This document shows, in pieces, positions 51,188 through 60,010 of a DNA stretch of 64,000 bases (within the stretch, counting starts at the first letter, position 1; every line of letters starts with the position of its first letter). The notes under the pieces are model-generated. The model did not search any database, was not told the DNA's origin, and saw only the letters and a list, made by a program, of their open reading frames with translations. Made by a program: the position numbers and the translations under genes. Source of the DNA: a bacterium (GTDB lineage: Bacteria; Elusimicrobiota; Elusimicrobia; Elusimicrobiales; UBA9959); assembly GCA_021847485.1 (NCBI GenBank), contig JAJZRA010000002.1:20078-84077 (forward strand), read 5' to 3'.

Positions 51188-52138
51188 ATGGCCGGCCTGA
51201 AGATCGCGTTCCTCGGTACCCCCGACATAGCGTGCGGCTTCCTGACCCGCGTCGCCGGGTCCGGGCACGAGGTCGCCGGCGTGATCTCCCAGCCGGACCG
51301 GCCCGTCGGGCGCGGCCTCAAGCTCTGCTGCTCGCCTGTGGACGGCCTGGCCGCGCGGCTCTGCCTCAAGGCCTTCAAGCCCGCCTCCCGCGCCGAGCTG
51401 CACGCCGTGCTGGCGGACCTGAAACCGGACCTCGGCGTCGTGGTGGCCTACGGCCGCCTGATCCCCGAGGAGACGCTGGCGCTGGCGCGCCTGGGCTTCC
51501 TGAACGTACATTTTTCCCTGCTGCCGAAGTACCGCGGCGCCGCTCCAGTGCAGCGGGCTCTGATGGAGCGCGAGGCTGTCACCGGCGTGACGCTGTTCTG
51601 GCTGGACAAGGGCATGGACACCGGGCCGGTCTTCCTGCGGCGGGAGGAGCCGGTGCTCCCCTCCGACGACGCCGCCTCGCTGTTCGCGCGCCTGTCGGCC
51701 GCGGGCGCCGACCTGCTGGAGGAAGGCCTCCGCAGGATAGCCGCCGGGGACCTCGTCCGCGAGCCCCAGGCAGGGGAGCCGTCCTACGCCCCGAAGGTGA
51801 CGAAGGAGGACGCCGTGCTGGACTTCTCCCGCCCCGCCGAGGAACTGCTGGGCCGCGTGCGCGGTCTTTCGTGCGGGCCGCGAGCCCGCTTCCACCTGCC
51901 GCTGGCGGGCCGCGAACTGGCCGTGCAGGTGGCCGCCGCCGACCTGGCCGAAGCCTCCCGGCCCGGCGCGCCGGGCACCGTCCTCTCCGTTGAGGGCGGA
52001 GGCGGGTTTGTTGTAAAATGTGGCGTCGGAGCGCTCCTCGTGCGGACGGTCAAGCCGGAGGGCAAGCGCGAGATGTCGGGGGCCGATTTCCTCAACGGCC
52101 AGCGCCTGAAGGCCGGGGACCCGCTGCGGCGGGGCTGA
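51188..52138 (+). CDS. fmt: methionyl-tRNA formyltransferase
   Basis: IAFLGTP...PDRP.GRG...NVHFSLLPKYRGAAPVQ. Confidence 0.9.
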   Translation: MAGLKIAFLGTPDIACGFLTRVAGSGHEVAGVISQPDRPVGRGLKLCCSPVDGLAARLCLKAFKPASRAELHAVLADLKPDLGVVVAYGRLIPEETLALARLGFLNVHFSLLPKYRGAAPVQRALMEREAVTGVTLFWLDKGMDTGPVFLRREEPVLPSDDAASLFARLSAAGADLLEEGLRRIAAGDLVREPQAGEPSYAPKVTKEDAVLDFSRPAEELLGRVRGLSCGPRARFHLPLAGRELAVQVAAADLAEASRPGAPGTVLSVEGGGGFVVKCGVGALLVRTVKPEGKREMSGADFLNGQRLKAGDPLRRG

Positions 52139-52154
52139 TCAAAGGAGAACGATC

Positions 52155-53159
52155 GTGGGTATCAAAGAATTCTACCAGCGCCATTTTTCCTCCTCCGACG
52201 AGAGGATCGTCAGCCCCGGCTTCGTCGCGCGCGTCGGCGGCGTCGGCGTGGCCCTGTTCCTGCTGACCTATTTCCTGTTCTCGTGGACGATGGAGACCGT
52301 CATCCACAGCCGCAAGGAGGTGCTGGTGCCCGACATCGCCGGCAAGTCCTCCGTCTCGGCGCTGCAGGCCCTGTCCGAGAACAACCTCGCGATGAAGATA
52401 GAGGGCTACGAGTTCAACGAGACCGTGCCGATAGGGACCGTGCTCAGGCAGGTGCCGGAGGCCGGCTCCACCGTGCGCGAGGGCAAGATCGTGCGGGTCG
52501 TGTTCAGCCAGGGCGGCGAATCGGTCTTCACGCCCAACCTGATCGGCCTGCCGCTGCGCAACGCCGAGCTGCTGCTGCGCCAGCGCCAGCTCGTGCTCGG
52601 CGAGGTCAGCGAGTCCTATTCGCTGAAGGCCGAGAAGGGCACGGTGCTCTCGCAGGACCCCAAGCCGGAGCTCAGCGTCTCCAAGAACACGATGGTGCAG
52701 GTGGTCGTGTCCGCCGGGCAGCCGCCGGCCGGCATCGTGATGATGCCCGATTTCCGCCAGAAGAAGAGCGACGAGGCCCAGCAGTGGGCCTCCCAGAACA
52801 ACCTGAGCCTCGCCATCACCGAGGACCCGTCGTCGCTGTTCCCCGGAGGCACGGTCATAGACCAGGCCCCCGCGCCGGACACCGTGGTCTCGCCGGACGC
52901 CAAGATCTCGCTGACCGTCAGCTCGCGCAAGGGCGCGGGTTCCGCGGACAAGGAGTTCCGCGTGCACTACGAGGTCTCGCAGAGCGGCGCGCAGCGCCAC
53001 ATCCGCGTCGTCGCGCTGGGCAAGCAGGGCGAGCGCGAGATCTTCAACGGCCTGCGCGACCCCGGCTCCAAGATAGACCTGTCGGTCCCGTACGGCGGCG
53101 CCGAGAAGGTGCGCATCTTCGTCAACGGCATCCTCGTCGAGGAAAGGCCGGTGAAATGA
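52155..53159 (+). CDS. membrane-anchored PASTA-repeat protein with no kinase or PBP domain
   Basis: GTG start. One TM helix (VALFLLTYFLF). Three repeats of about 65 aa of the type VPD..GKS...A...L.......G.V..Q.P..G..V..G..V. Confidence 0.75.
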   Translation: MGIKEFYQRHFSSSDERIVSPGFVARVGGVGVALFLLTYFLFSWTMETVIHSRKEVLVPDIAGKSSVSALQALSENNLAMKIEGYEFNETVPIGTVLRQVPEAGSTVREGKIVRVVFSQGGESVFTPNLIGLPLRNAELLLRQRQLVLGEVSESYSLKAEKGTVLSQDPKPELSVSKNTMVQVVVSAGQPPAGIVMMPDFRQKKSDEAQQWASQNNLSLAITEDPSSLFPGGTVIDQAPAPDTVVSPDAKISLTVSSRKGAGSADKEFRVHYEVSQSGAQRHIRVVALGKQGEREIFNGLRDPGSKIDLSVPYGGAEKVRIFVNGILVEERPVK

Positions 53160-53833
53160 GCCGCCTCCCTATCCCCCTCCCCTCCGGCGCCCCGGCGCTA
53201 GTCCCGTCGGTGCTGTCGGCCGACTTCACCCGCCTGAAGGCCAGCCTGGCGCCGGTGCGCCGTCTGGCCGACTGGGTGCAGGTGGACGTGATGGACGGGC
53301 GGTTCGTGCCCAATCTCAGCTTCGGCCCGTATATCGCCGGCGCCGTCGCCGCGGCCTCCGGCCTGCCTGTGGACGCCCACCTGATGGTGGAGGAACCCCT
53401 CAAGTTCGTCGACGCTTTCGCCGCGGCCGGCGCCGGCCTGATAACGGTCCATGCCGAGGCCCGCGGCGCCGCCCGGGCCGTCGAGCGCGTCAAGAAGCTC
53501 GGCCTGCGGGCCGGCCTCGCGCTGCGGCCCCGCACGCCGGCCTCGCGCCTCGCCCCCTTCATGGGCCTGCTCGACGTGGCCCTCGTGATGACCGTCGAGC
53601 CCGGCTTCGGGGGCCAGGCCTTCCTGCCGGAGATGATGCCCAAGGTCTTCAAGGTCCGCGAGCTGATCGCCCGCTCCGGCCGCAAGGTCTGGCTGCAGGT
53701 GGACGGCGGGATAAACGCGGAGACCGCCGTGACCGCCGTGGCGGCCGGCGCGGATTCGCTGGTGATAGGCAGCGCGCTGTTCAAGGCCGCGGACCCCGCG
53801 GTCTTCCTGCGGACGCTGCGCAAGAGGCTCTGA
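53156..53833 (+). CDS. rpe: ribulose-phosphate 3-epimerase
   Basis: Internal ATG of track ORF 52283..53833 (ATGA overlap). PSVLSADF...VDVMDGRFVPNLSFG...MTVEPGFGGQ.F...VDGGI. Confidence 0.9.
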   Translation: MSRLPIPLPSGAPALVPSVLSADFTRLKASLAPVRRLADWVQVDVMDGRFVPNLSFGPYIAGAVAAASGLPVDAHLMVEEPLKFVDAFAAAGAGLITVHAEARGAARAVERVKKLGLRAGLALRPRTPASRLAPFMGLLDVALVMTVEPGFGGQAFLPEMMPKVFKVRELIARSGRKVWLQVDGGINAETAVTAVAAGADSLVIGSALFKAADPAVFLRTLRKRL

Positions 53834-53854
53834 GCCCGGTTCACGGGGAACACT

Positions 53855-54220
53855 ATGGGGAAGAAGATACTGATCGTGGAGGACGAGGACCTGATAGCGA
53901 AGGTCCTTTCGATACGCCTGGAGGGCCTCGGCTACAAGGTCGTCACGGCCTCGGACGGGGAGGAGGGCCTGGACGCCGCCCGCAAGGAGCGCCCGGACCT
54001 CGTCATTCTCGACATCGGCCTGCCGCGGCTGGACGGCAACACCCTCTGCGAAGTGCTCAAGACCGACCCGGCCACCAAGGGCGCGCGCATCATCATGCTG
54101 ACCGGCAAGCGCCTCGTGGGCGACATGGAGAGCGCCTTCTCCGCCGGGGCGGACCTCTACGTCAACAAGCCTTACGAGTGGCCCCGCCTGCTGGAACACA
54201 TTAAAAAGCTGATAGGGTAG
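53855..54220 (+). CDS. single-domain response regulator (CheY-like receiver)
   Basis: KILIVEDE...PDLVILDIGLPRLDG...IIMLTG...KP. Confidence 0.85.
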   Translation: MGKKILIVEDEDLIAKVLSIRLEGLGYKVVTASDGEEGLDAARKERPDLVILDIGLPRLDGNTLCEVLKTDPATKGARIIMLTGKRLVGDMESAFSAGADLYVNKPYEWPRLLEHIKKLIG

Positions 54221-54250
54221 TTCCCAAACCCCACCGGAATATAATATAAT
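54221..54250 (+). promoter_or_regulatory. candidate promoter TTCCCA-N18-TATAAT upstream of the rpsP leader
   Basis: Two overlapping TATAAT hexamers (54240..54245 and 54245..54250). TTCCCA at 54221..54226. Confidence 0.4.
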
Positions 54251-54257
54251 AATCGTT

Positions 54258-54298
54258 CACGCGGCCCCGGGAAATCGGGCGCGTGGCCGGATTTTTTT
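54258..54298 (+). terminator. GC hairpin plus T7 run (terminator of the rpe/RR unit or attenuator in the rpsP leader)
   Basis: CACGCG(g)CCC-loop-GGGCGCGTG, then GCCGGA and TTTTTTT (54292..54298). Confidence 0.4.
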
Positions 54299-54365
54299 GC
54301 CGTCTGACGCGCATAGCGCCATCTACGGCACATGCAAGGAAAGACGGCGATCCAAGGAGGATACC

Positions 54366-54641
54366 ATGGCAGTTGTTCTTAGGCTTCAGAGGATAGGCAA
54401 GCGCACCCAGCCGCATTACCGGATAGTGGCCATCGAGAAATCGAGCGGCCCGCACGGCGAACCGCTCGAGGTCATCGGGCACTACGATCCCAAGGCCGGC
54501 AAAGAGAAGCAGAAGGTCGCTCTCGACACCGCCAAGCTCGACCGCTGGGTCAAGAACGGCGCGAAGCCGTCCGAGACCGTCGGCAGCCTGATAGCGCGCG
54601 TCCGCAAGGCCGAGAAGGCCGCCGCGGCGCAGCCCAAGTAA
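54366..54641 (+). CDS. rpsP: 30S ribosomal protein S16
   Basis: ATG 54366 after AAGGAGG. MAVVLRLQRIGKRTQPHYRIVA... Confidence 0.95.
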   Translation: MAVVLRLQRIGKRTQPHYRIVAIEKSSGPHGEPLEVIGHYDPKAGKEKQKVALDTAKLDRWVKNGAKPSETVGSLIARVRKAEKAAAAQPK

Positions 54642-54653
54642 CGGGGAACGGCC

Positions 54654-54881
54654 ATGAAGGACGTTCTCATGTACATCATCGGCTCGCTGGTCGAGAACCC
54701 GCAGGCCGTCAAGATAGGCGTCAACGAGGACGGCGACGTGCTGCGCTTCAAGCTCGAGGTCGCCTCGTCCGACCGCGGCAAGGTCATCGGCAAGGAAGGC
54801 CGGGTGGTCAAGTCCATCCGCACCGTGCTGCAGGCCGCCGCCGCCAGGCAGAACAAGAAAGTCTACCTGGACATCGACTAA
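54654..54881 (+). CDS. KH-domain RNA-binding protein (YlqC/UPF0109-like)
   Basis: 75 aa with a GKVIGKEGRVVKSIRTV GXXG loop. Confidence 0.85.
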   Translation: MKDVLMYIIGSLVENPQAVKIGVNEDGDVLRFKLEVASSDRGKVIGKEGRVVKSIRTVLQAAAARQNKKVYLDID

Positions 54882-54895
54882 AGCGGTTCTTTGAT

Positions 54896-55636
54896 ATGCG
54901 CGTGGACGCGGTCACGCTCTTCCCCGGCATGATAGACGCGCCGCTCTCGGAGAGCATCGTGGGCCGCGCGCGCGCCGAGGGGTTCCTGGAGCTGGGCTTC
55001 GTGAACCCGCGCGACTTCACCGAGGACCGCCACCGCACGGTGGACGACAAGCCGTACGGCGGCGGGACCGGCATGGTCATGATGGCCGAGCCGGTGTACC
55101 GCGCGCTTAAGAAGGTCAGGAAGAGGGGCTCGTGCGTGGTCCTCCTGACCCCGAAAGGCAGGAAGTTCGACCAGGCGGCCGCCGTCGAGCTTTCGAAGAA
55201 GAAGCACCTGGTCTTTATCTGCGGCCACTACGAGGGCATAGACGAGCGGGTCACGCCGCTGGCCGATATGCAGCTCTCGATAGGCGACTACGTGCTGACC
55301 GGCGGCGAGCCCGCCGCGGTGGCCGTGATCGACGCGGTCACGCGCCTGATCCCGGGCGTGCTGCGCAAGGGCGACGCCACCGTCAACGAGACCTTCGAGG
55401 GCGGGCTGCTGGAGGCGCCGCACTACACGCGGCCGGCCGTCTGGCGCGGTAAAAAGGTCCCAGAGGCGCTGCTCTCCGGCAACCACAGGCTGATAGCGGA
55501 GTGGCGCCGGGCGCAGGCCGAGGCGCTGACCTCGCGGGCCAGGCCGGACCTGGCGGCCCCGAAGAAGCGGCCTTCGCCGGCGAAGGCCGGGCGCAAACCA
55601 TCTCCCCGCAAGCGCGGGCGTTTTTCAGGCAAGTGA
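54896..55636 (+). CDS. trmD: tRNA (guanine37-N1)-methyltransferase
   Basis: TLFPGM...DDKPYGGGTGMVM...ICGHYEGIDERV...SIGDYVLTGGE. Confidence 0.95.
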   Translation: MRVDAVTLFPGMIDAPLSESIVGRARAEGFLELGFVNPRDFTEDRHRTVDDKPYGGGTGMVMMAEPVYRALKKVRKRGSCVVLLTPKGRKFDQAAAVELSKKKHLVFICGHYEGIDERVTPLADMQLSIGDYVLTGGEPAAVAVIDAVTRLIPGVLRKGDATVNETFEGGLLEAPHYTRPAVWRGKKVPEALLSGNHRLIAEWRRAQAEALTSRARPDLAAPKKRPSPAKAGRKPSPRKRGRFSGK

Positions 55637-55651
55637 AACTTAGGAGGCAGT

Positions 55652-56047
55652 ATGAATAACATCGCTAACCATCTGGGCATCAAGAACGAGAAGTTCGATT
55701 TCCAGTCCGGCGACACCGTGAAAGTGCACACCAAAGTGGTGGAAGGCGACAGCGAGCGCATCCAGATCTTCGACGGCGTGGTCATCTCGCGCCGCGGCAG
55801 CGGGATCTCCGAGAGCTTCACCGTCCGCAAGATCTCCTACGGCGTGGGCGTCGAGAGGGTCTTCCCGCTCCACTCCCCCCGCATCGAGAAGATCGAGGTC
55901 GTGAAGACCGGCAAGGTCCGCCGCTCCAAGATCTATTACCTCCGCGAGCTGGCCGGCAAGGCCGCCAGGCTCGAGGAAGTCGAGAAGGCGGCGCCCGAGG
56001 CCGCCCCGCAGGCCGAGCCGGCCAAGACCGAGACCGCCGGCAAGTAA
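55652..56047 (+). CDS. rplS: 50S ribosomal protein L19
   Basis: [34 protein letters not shown]...[20 protein letters not shown]. Confidence 0.95.
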   Translation: MNNIANHLGIKNEKFDFQSGDTVKVHTKVVEGDSERIQIFDGVVISRRGSGISESFTVRKISYGVGVERVFPLHSPRIEKIEVVKTGKVRRSKIYYLRELAGKAARLEEVEKAAPEAAPQAEPAKTETAGK

Positions 56048-56059
56048 AGCCCGCCGCCG

Positions 56060-56083
56060 CCCGCGCGCCCCAGGGCGCGCGGG
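56060..56083 (+). terminator. GC-only hairpin after rplS (no U-tract)
   Basis: CCCGCGCGCC-cc/ag-GGCGCGCGGG, a 9-10 bp stem. It may attenuate or stabilise the transcript rather than terminate it. Confidence 0.3.
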
Positions 56084-56099
56084 AGGCCGGAAGGTAAAC

Positions 56100-56750
56100 G
56101 TGCCCCTCCGCGGATTCGACCTGGCGGTCCTAGAGAACAGAAAACCGGCTTTATTGGTGGGCGTGGACGAAGCCGGGCGCGGCCCTTTGGCCGGCCCCGT
56201 CGCCGCCTGCGCCGCGTGGGTCCCCCCGGGCTCCGCGGAACTTATCTCCCCACTCGTCAACGACAGCAAGAAGCTCACCGCCGCGCGCCGCGAAGGCGCG
56301 CTGCGGCTGATGCTGTCCTCCGGCGTGCGCTTCGGCTTCGGCTACGCCCTCCCGGAGGAGATCGACCGGGTCAACATCCTCGAAGCAACTTTCAACGCCA
56401 TGGGGGCCGCCGTCAGGCGGCTCCTCGCTTATACGGGCGCCGACCCGGCGGGGACGCTGCTGCTCGTGGACGGGCCGCACCGCATCAAGCGCCTCGAGGG
56501 CCCGGCCCAGGAGCCGGTGGTGGACGGGGACGCCCGTTCGCTCTCTATAGCCGCCGCCAGCATCTTCGCCAAGGTCGTCCGCGACCGCTGGATGGGCGTG
56601 CTGGACGCCAGGCACCCGGGCTACGGCCTGGCGGGCCACAAAGGCTACGGCACGGCCTCCCACCTGGAGGCGCTGCGCCGCCTGGGCCCCAGCCCCGAGC
56701 ACCGGCTCAGCTTCGCCCCGGTGCGCGCCGCCGCGGCGGTTCCGCGGTGA
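56100..56750 (+). CDS. rnhB: ribonuclease HII
   Basis: GTG start. VGVDEAGRGPLAGPV...DSKKL...GYGT.SH. Confidence 0.9.
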   Translation: MPLRGFDLAVLENRKPALLVGVDEAGRGPLAGPVAACAAWVPPGSAELISPLVNDSKKLTAARREGALRLMLSSGVRFGFGYALPEEIDRVNILEATFNAMGAAVRRLLAYTGADPAGTLLLVDGPHRIKRLEGPAQEPVVDGDARSLSIAAASIFAKVVRDRWMGVLDARHPGYGLAGHKGYGTASHLEALRRLGPSPEHRLSFAPVRAAAAVPR

Positions 56751-57100
56751 ACCTCAAGGGCGCGAAGTACGAGGAGCAGGCCGCCCTCTTCCTTAAGGGG
56801 GCGGGCTACAGGATAACGGACCGCAACTGGGCCTGCCCGCTGGGCGAGCTGGATATCGTGGCGGAGAAGGACGGGACGCTCGTCTTCGTCGAGGTCAGGG
56901 CCCGGTCCAACCCGGGCTACGGGAGCCCGGCCGAGAGCGTGACCCGCTCCAAACAGGTCAAGATAGTCAGGGCTGCGCAGGCTTACCTGAAGGCCCGGCG
57001 CCCGCAAGCGGAAAGCTTCAGGTTCGACGTGATAGCGATAACCCCCGGCGGGCTGGAGCATATCGAAGGGGCTTTCGACGCGGGCGGCGCCGGCTTCTGA
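56747..57100 (+). CDS. YraN-family (UPF0102) endonuclease-like protein
   Basis: GTG 56747 (GTGA overlap with rnhB). GAKYEEQAALFLKGAGYRI..RNW.C..GELDIVA......VFVEVR.R. Confidence 0.8.
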   Translation: MNLKGAKYEEQAALFLKGAGYRITDRNWACPLGELDIVAEKDGTLVFVEVRARSNPGYGSPAESVTRSKQVKIVRAAQAYLKARRPQAESFRFDVIAITPGGLEHIEGAFDAGGAGF

Positions 57101-57124
57101 GCCGCCCCCTATTAAGGAGACAAC

Positions 57125-57976
57125 ATGGAATCTTCCGAGATACTCATCGCCGTGGACAGGACGGCCGCCTGGCTCAAGAAGTTCGCGGCCGGCTTCAAGC
57201 CCGAGACCGCCATCATCGCCGGCTCCGGCCTGGGCGGCGCGCTGCCGCGCCTGGAGGACAGGGTGGCCGTGTCCTACAAGGACATCCCCGGCTTTCCCGT
57301 CACCACCGTGAAGGGCCACTCCGGCGAGCTGATCTTCGGCCGCATGGGCGGGCGCGACGTCGTGATGATGAAGGGCCGCTTCCACTACTACGAGGGCCGG
57401 CCCCTCTCCTTCATCGCCTTCCCGATCCGCGTGCTCGGCGCGCTCGGCGTGAAGAACCTCATCCTCACCGCCGCGGTCGGGTCGCTCAAGCCCGGCATCA
57501 AGCCGGGGCAGCTGGTGGTCCTGAAGGACCACCTGAACCTGATGGGCGGCAACCCGCTGATGGGCAACCACCATCCCGCTTTCGGCGAGATGTTCCCCGA
57601 CATGAACGAGCCCTACGACAAGGCCCTGCGCAAGGAGGCCCTGAAGCTGGCCCGGAAGGCCCGCGTGCGCGCCGTGGAGGGCGTCTATACCGCCGTCACC
57701 GGCCCTTCCTACGAGACCCCCGCCGAGGTGAAGTATTACCGCATGATCGGCGGCGACATCGCCGGCATGAGCGTGGTTCCCGAGACCATCGCCGCCCGCC
57801 AGCTGAAGCTGCGCGTGGCCGGCATCTGCTGGATCTCCAACTTCTGCAGCGGCATCTCCAAACAGGTGCTGAGCCACGAGGAAGTGCTGGAGCTCGGCGA
57901 GAAGGTCTCCGCCAAGATGCAGAACGTGCTGGAAGGGCTGCTGAAGTCCAAGGCGCTGGCCGTTAAGGAGAAATAA
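57125..57976 (+). CDS. punA: purine nucleoside phosphorylase (trimeric PNP/MTAP family)
   Basis: IIAGSGLG...VKGHSGELIFG...GRFHYYEG...TGPSYETPAE...GGD.AGMS.VPE. Confidence 0.9.
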   Translation: MESSEILIAVDRTAAWLKKFAAGFKPETAIIAGSGLGGALPRLEDRVAVSYKDIPGFPVTTVKGHSGELIFGRMGGRDVVMMKGRFHYYEGRPLSFIAFPIRVLGALGVKNLILTAAVGSLKPGIKPGQLVVLKDHLNLMGGNPLMGNHHPAFGEMFPDMNEPYDKALRKEALKLARKARVRAVEGVYTAVTGPSYETPAEVKYYRMIGGDIAGMSVVPETIAARQLKLRVAGICWISNFCSGISKQVLSHEEVLELGEKVSAKMQNVLEGLLKSKALAVKEK

Positions 57977-57977
57977 A

Positions 57978-59288
57978 ATGAGAATGCTCGACCTGCTGCT
58001 GAAGAAACGCTCCAAGCAGGAGCTTACCCCCGCCGAGATAGAGTTCATAGCGATGGGCGCCGCCGACGGCTCCATCCCCGACTACCAGCTTTCCGCCTGG
58101 CTGATGGCCTCGTTCCTCAACGGCCTCACCCCCGCCGAGACCGCCGCCCTTACCAGGGCGATGGCGCGCTCCGGCGACAGGCTGGACCTCTCTTCGATCA
58201 AAGGCATGAAGGTGGACAAGCACTCCACCGGCGGCGTGGGCGACGGCATCTCTATCGCTCTCGCCCCTATCGCCGCCGCCTGCGGCGTCGTCGTTCCGAT
58301 GATGAGCGGCCGCGGCCTCGGCCATACCGGCGGCACGCTGGACAAGCTCGAGGCGATGAAGGGCTTCAACGTGCGCCTCAAGCCCGAGTACGTCGTCAAG
58401 CAGCTCAAGGCCACCGGCCTCAGCATGTTCGGCCAGACCGAGCGCCTCGCCCCCAGCGACAAGAAGCTCTACGCGCTGCGCGACGCCAGCTGCACCGTCG
58501 AGGCGCTGCCGCTGATCGTGGCCAGCATCCTCTCCAAGAAGTACGCCGAGGACATCTCCGGCCTGGTGATGGACGTCAAGTACGGCTCCGGCGCGTTCCT
58601 GAAGGATTTCAAGCCCAGCCGCGAGCTCGCGGTGGCGCTGATGAAGACCGCCAAGCTCCTCGGCATCCGCTGCGTCGCCGTGATGACCGCGATGAACGAG
58701 CCTCTCGGCGTCGCGATAGGCAACGGCATCGAGACCTCCGCCTGCATAAAGATCCTGCAGGGCGAGAAAGGCCCTGAGGACTTCATGCGCGTGCTCGAGA
58801 CCCTCTCCGGCTGGATGATCCACCTCGGCGGCAAGGCCCGCACGGCCGCCGAAGGCGAGGACAAGGCCCGCGCCGCCATCGCCGACGGCAGCGCCCTCGA
58901 GAAGTACCGCCTGATGGCCAAGTGGCAGGGCGCCGACCCCAAAGTGGCCGACGACCCGGACCGCCACATGCCGAAAGCCGGGCTTTCGAAGAAGATCCTC
59001 GCGAAGAAGGCCGGGTACCTGACGGCGATGGAAGCCCGCACCGTCGGTTTCGCCGCGGTCGCGCTGGGCGCCGGCCGCGCCAAGGCCGAGGACGCCGTGG
59101 ACTTCGGCGCCGGCTTCATCCTGGAGCGCAAGCCCGGCGACAAGGTCAGGCCCGGCGACGTTATCGCCACCGCCTACGCCTCGTCGGCCCCGAAGCTGGC
59201 CGACGGCGTGAAGATGTTCGAGTCGTCGCTCGCGTACGGCCCCAGGGCTCCGCGCAAGGAGCCGCTGATCCGCGAGATAATAAAGTGA
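57978..59288 (+). CDS. pdp: pyrimidine-nucleoside (thymidine) phosphorylase
   Basis: VDKHSTGGVGD...SGRGLGHTGGTLDKLE... Confidence 0.9.
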   Translation: MRMLDLLLKKRSKQELTPAEIEFIAMGAADGSIPDYQLSAWLMASFLNGLTPAETAALTRAMARSGDRLDLSSIKGMKVDKHSTGGVGDGISIALAPIAAACGVVVPMMSGRGLGHTGGTLDKLEAMKGFNVRLKPEYVVKQLKATGLSMFGQTERLAPSDKKLYALRDASCTVEALPLIVASILSKKYAEDISGLVMDVKYGSGAFLKDFKPSRELAVALMKTAKLLGIRCVAVMTAMNEPLGVAIGNGIETSACIKILQGEKGPEDFMRVLETLSGWMIHLGGKARTAAEGEDKARAAIADGSALEKYRLMAKWQGADPKVADDPDRHMPKAGLSKKILAKKAGYLTAMEARTVGFAAVALGAGRAKAEDAVDFGAGFILERKPGDKVRPGDVIATAYASSAPKLADGVKMFESSLAYGPRAPRKEPLIREIIK

Positions 59289-59307
59289 GGACCGGGAGGT
59301 CACGCGA

Positions 59308-59934
59308 ATGAAGAACGTTCACGTCTCCAAGCATCCGCTCGTGCTGGACAGGATCGCCCGCCTGCGCGACAGGCGGACCAACGTCGCCGACTTCCGGCGC
59401 CTGATGGGCGAGCTGGCCATGTTCCTGGCCGGCGACGCGCTGGCCCACGCCCGCGTCAAGAAGGCCAGGGTGCGCACGCCGGTAGGCGTGGCCGACGCCA
59501 TGCGCCTGGCGCACGACCTGGTCTTCGTGGCCATCCTGCGCGCGGGCCTGGGCATGGTGGACGGCCTGGTGAAGCTCTGCCCCGAGGCGAAGCTGGCCCA
59601 TATCGGCATCTACCGCGACGAGGAGACCCTGAAGCCGGTCAAGTACTACGTGCGCCTGCCGGAGAACGTCGCCGACAGCCTCGTGGTGATAGCCGACCCG
59701 ATGCTCGCCACCGGCGGCTCGGCCGTGGAGGCCGTGGAGATCATGAAGAGCCGCGGCGCCAAACATATCTGCTTCCTGTGCATGATAGCCTCCCGCGAGG
59801 GCATAAAGCGCCTCGCCGCCGCCCATCCCGAGATGCCCATCTACGTCGGCACCATCGACGAGCGGCTCAACCACGACGGCTACATCGTGCCCGGCCTCGG
59901 CGACGCCGGCGACAGGATGTTCGGCACCGACTGA
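59308..59934 (+). CDS. upp: uracil phosphoribosyltransferase
   Basis: HPL....LR......FR...VIADPMLATGGSA...YIVPGLGDAGDR.FGT. Confidence 0.95.
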   Translation: MKNVHVSKHPLVLDRIARLRDRRTNVADFRRLMGELAMFLAGDALAHARVKKARVRTPVGVADAMRLAHDLVFVAILRAGLGMVDGLVKLCPEAKLAHIGIYRDEETLKPVKYYVRLPENVADSLVVIADPMLATGGSAVEAVEIMKSRGAKHICFLCMIASREGIKRLAAAHPEMPIYVGTIDERLNHDGYIVPGLGDAGDRMFGTD

Positions 59935-59952
59935 GTCTTACGCCTAAAGAAT

Positions 59953-59995
59953 AAAGAAGAAGGGGCGGCCCGTAAAAGGCCGTCCCTTCTTCTTT
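59953..59995. terminator. bidirectional rho-independent terminator
   Basis: AAAGAAGAAGGGGCGGCC-cgtaaaa-GGCCGTCCCTTCTTCTTT (one mismatch), between the convergent upp and fnr-like genes. Confidence 0.7.
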
Positions 59996-60010
59996 TGCCG
60001 CGCGCCGCGC

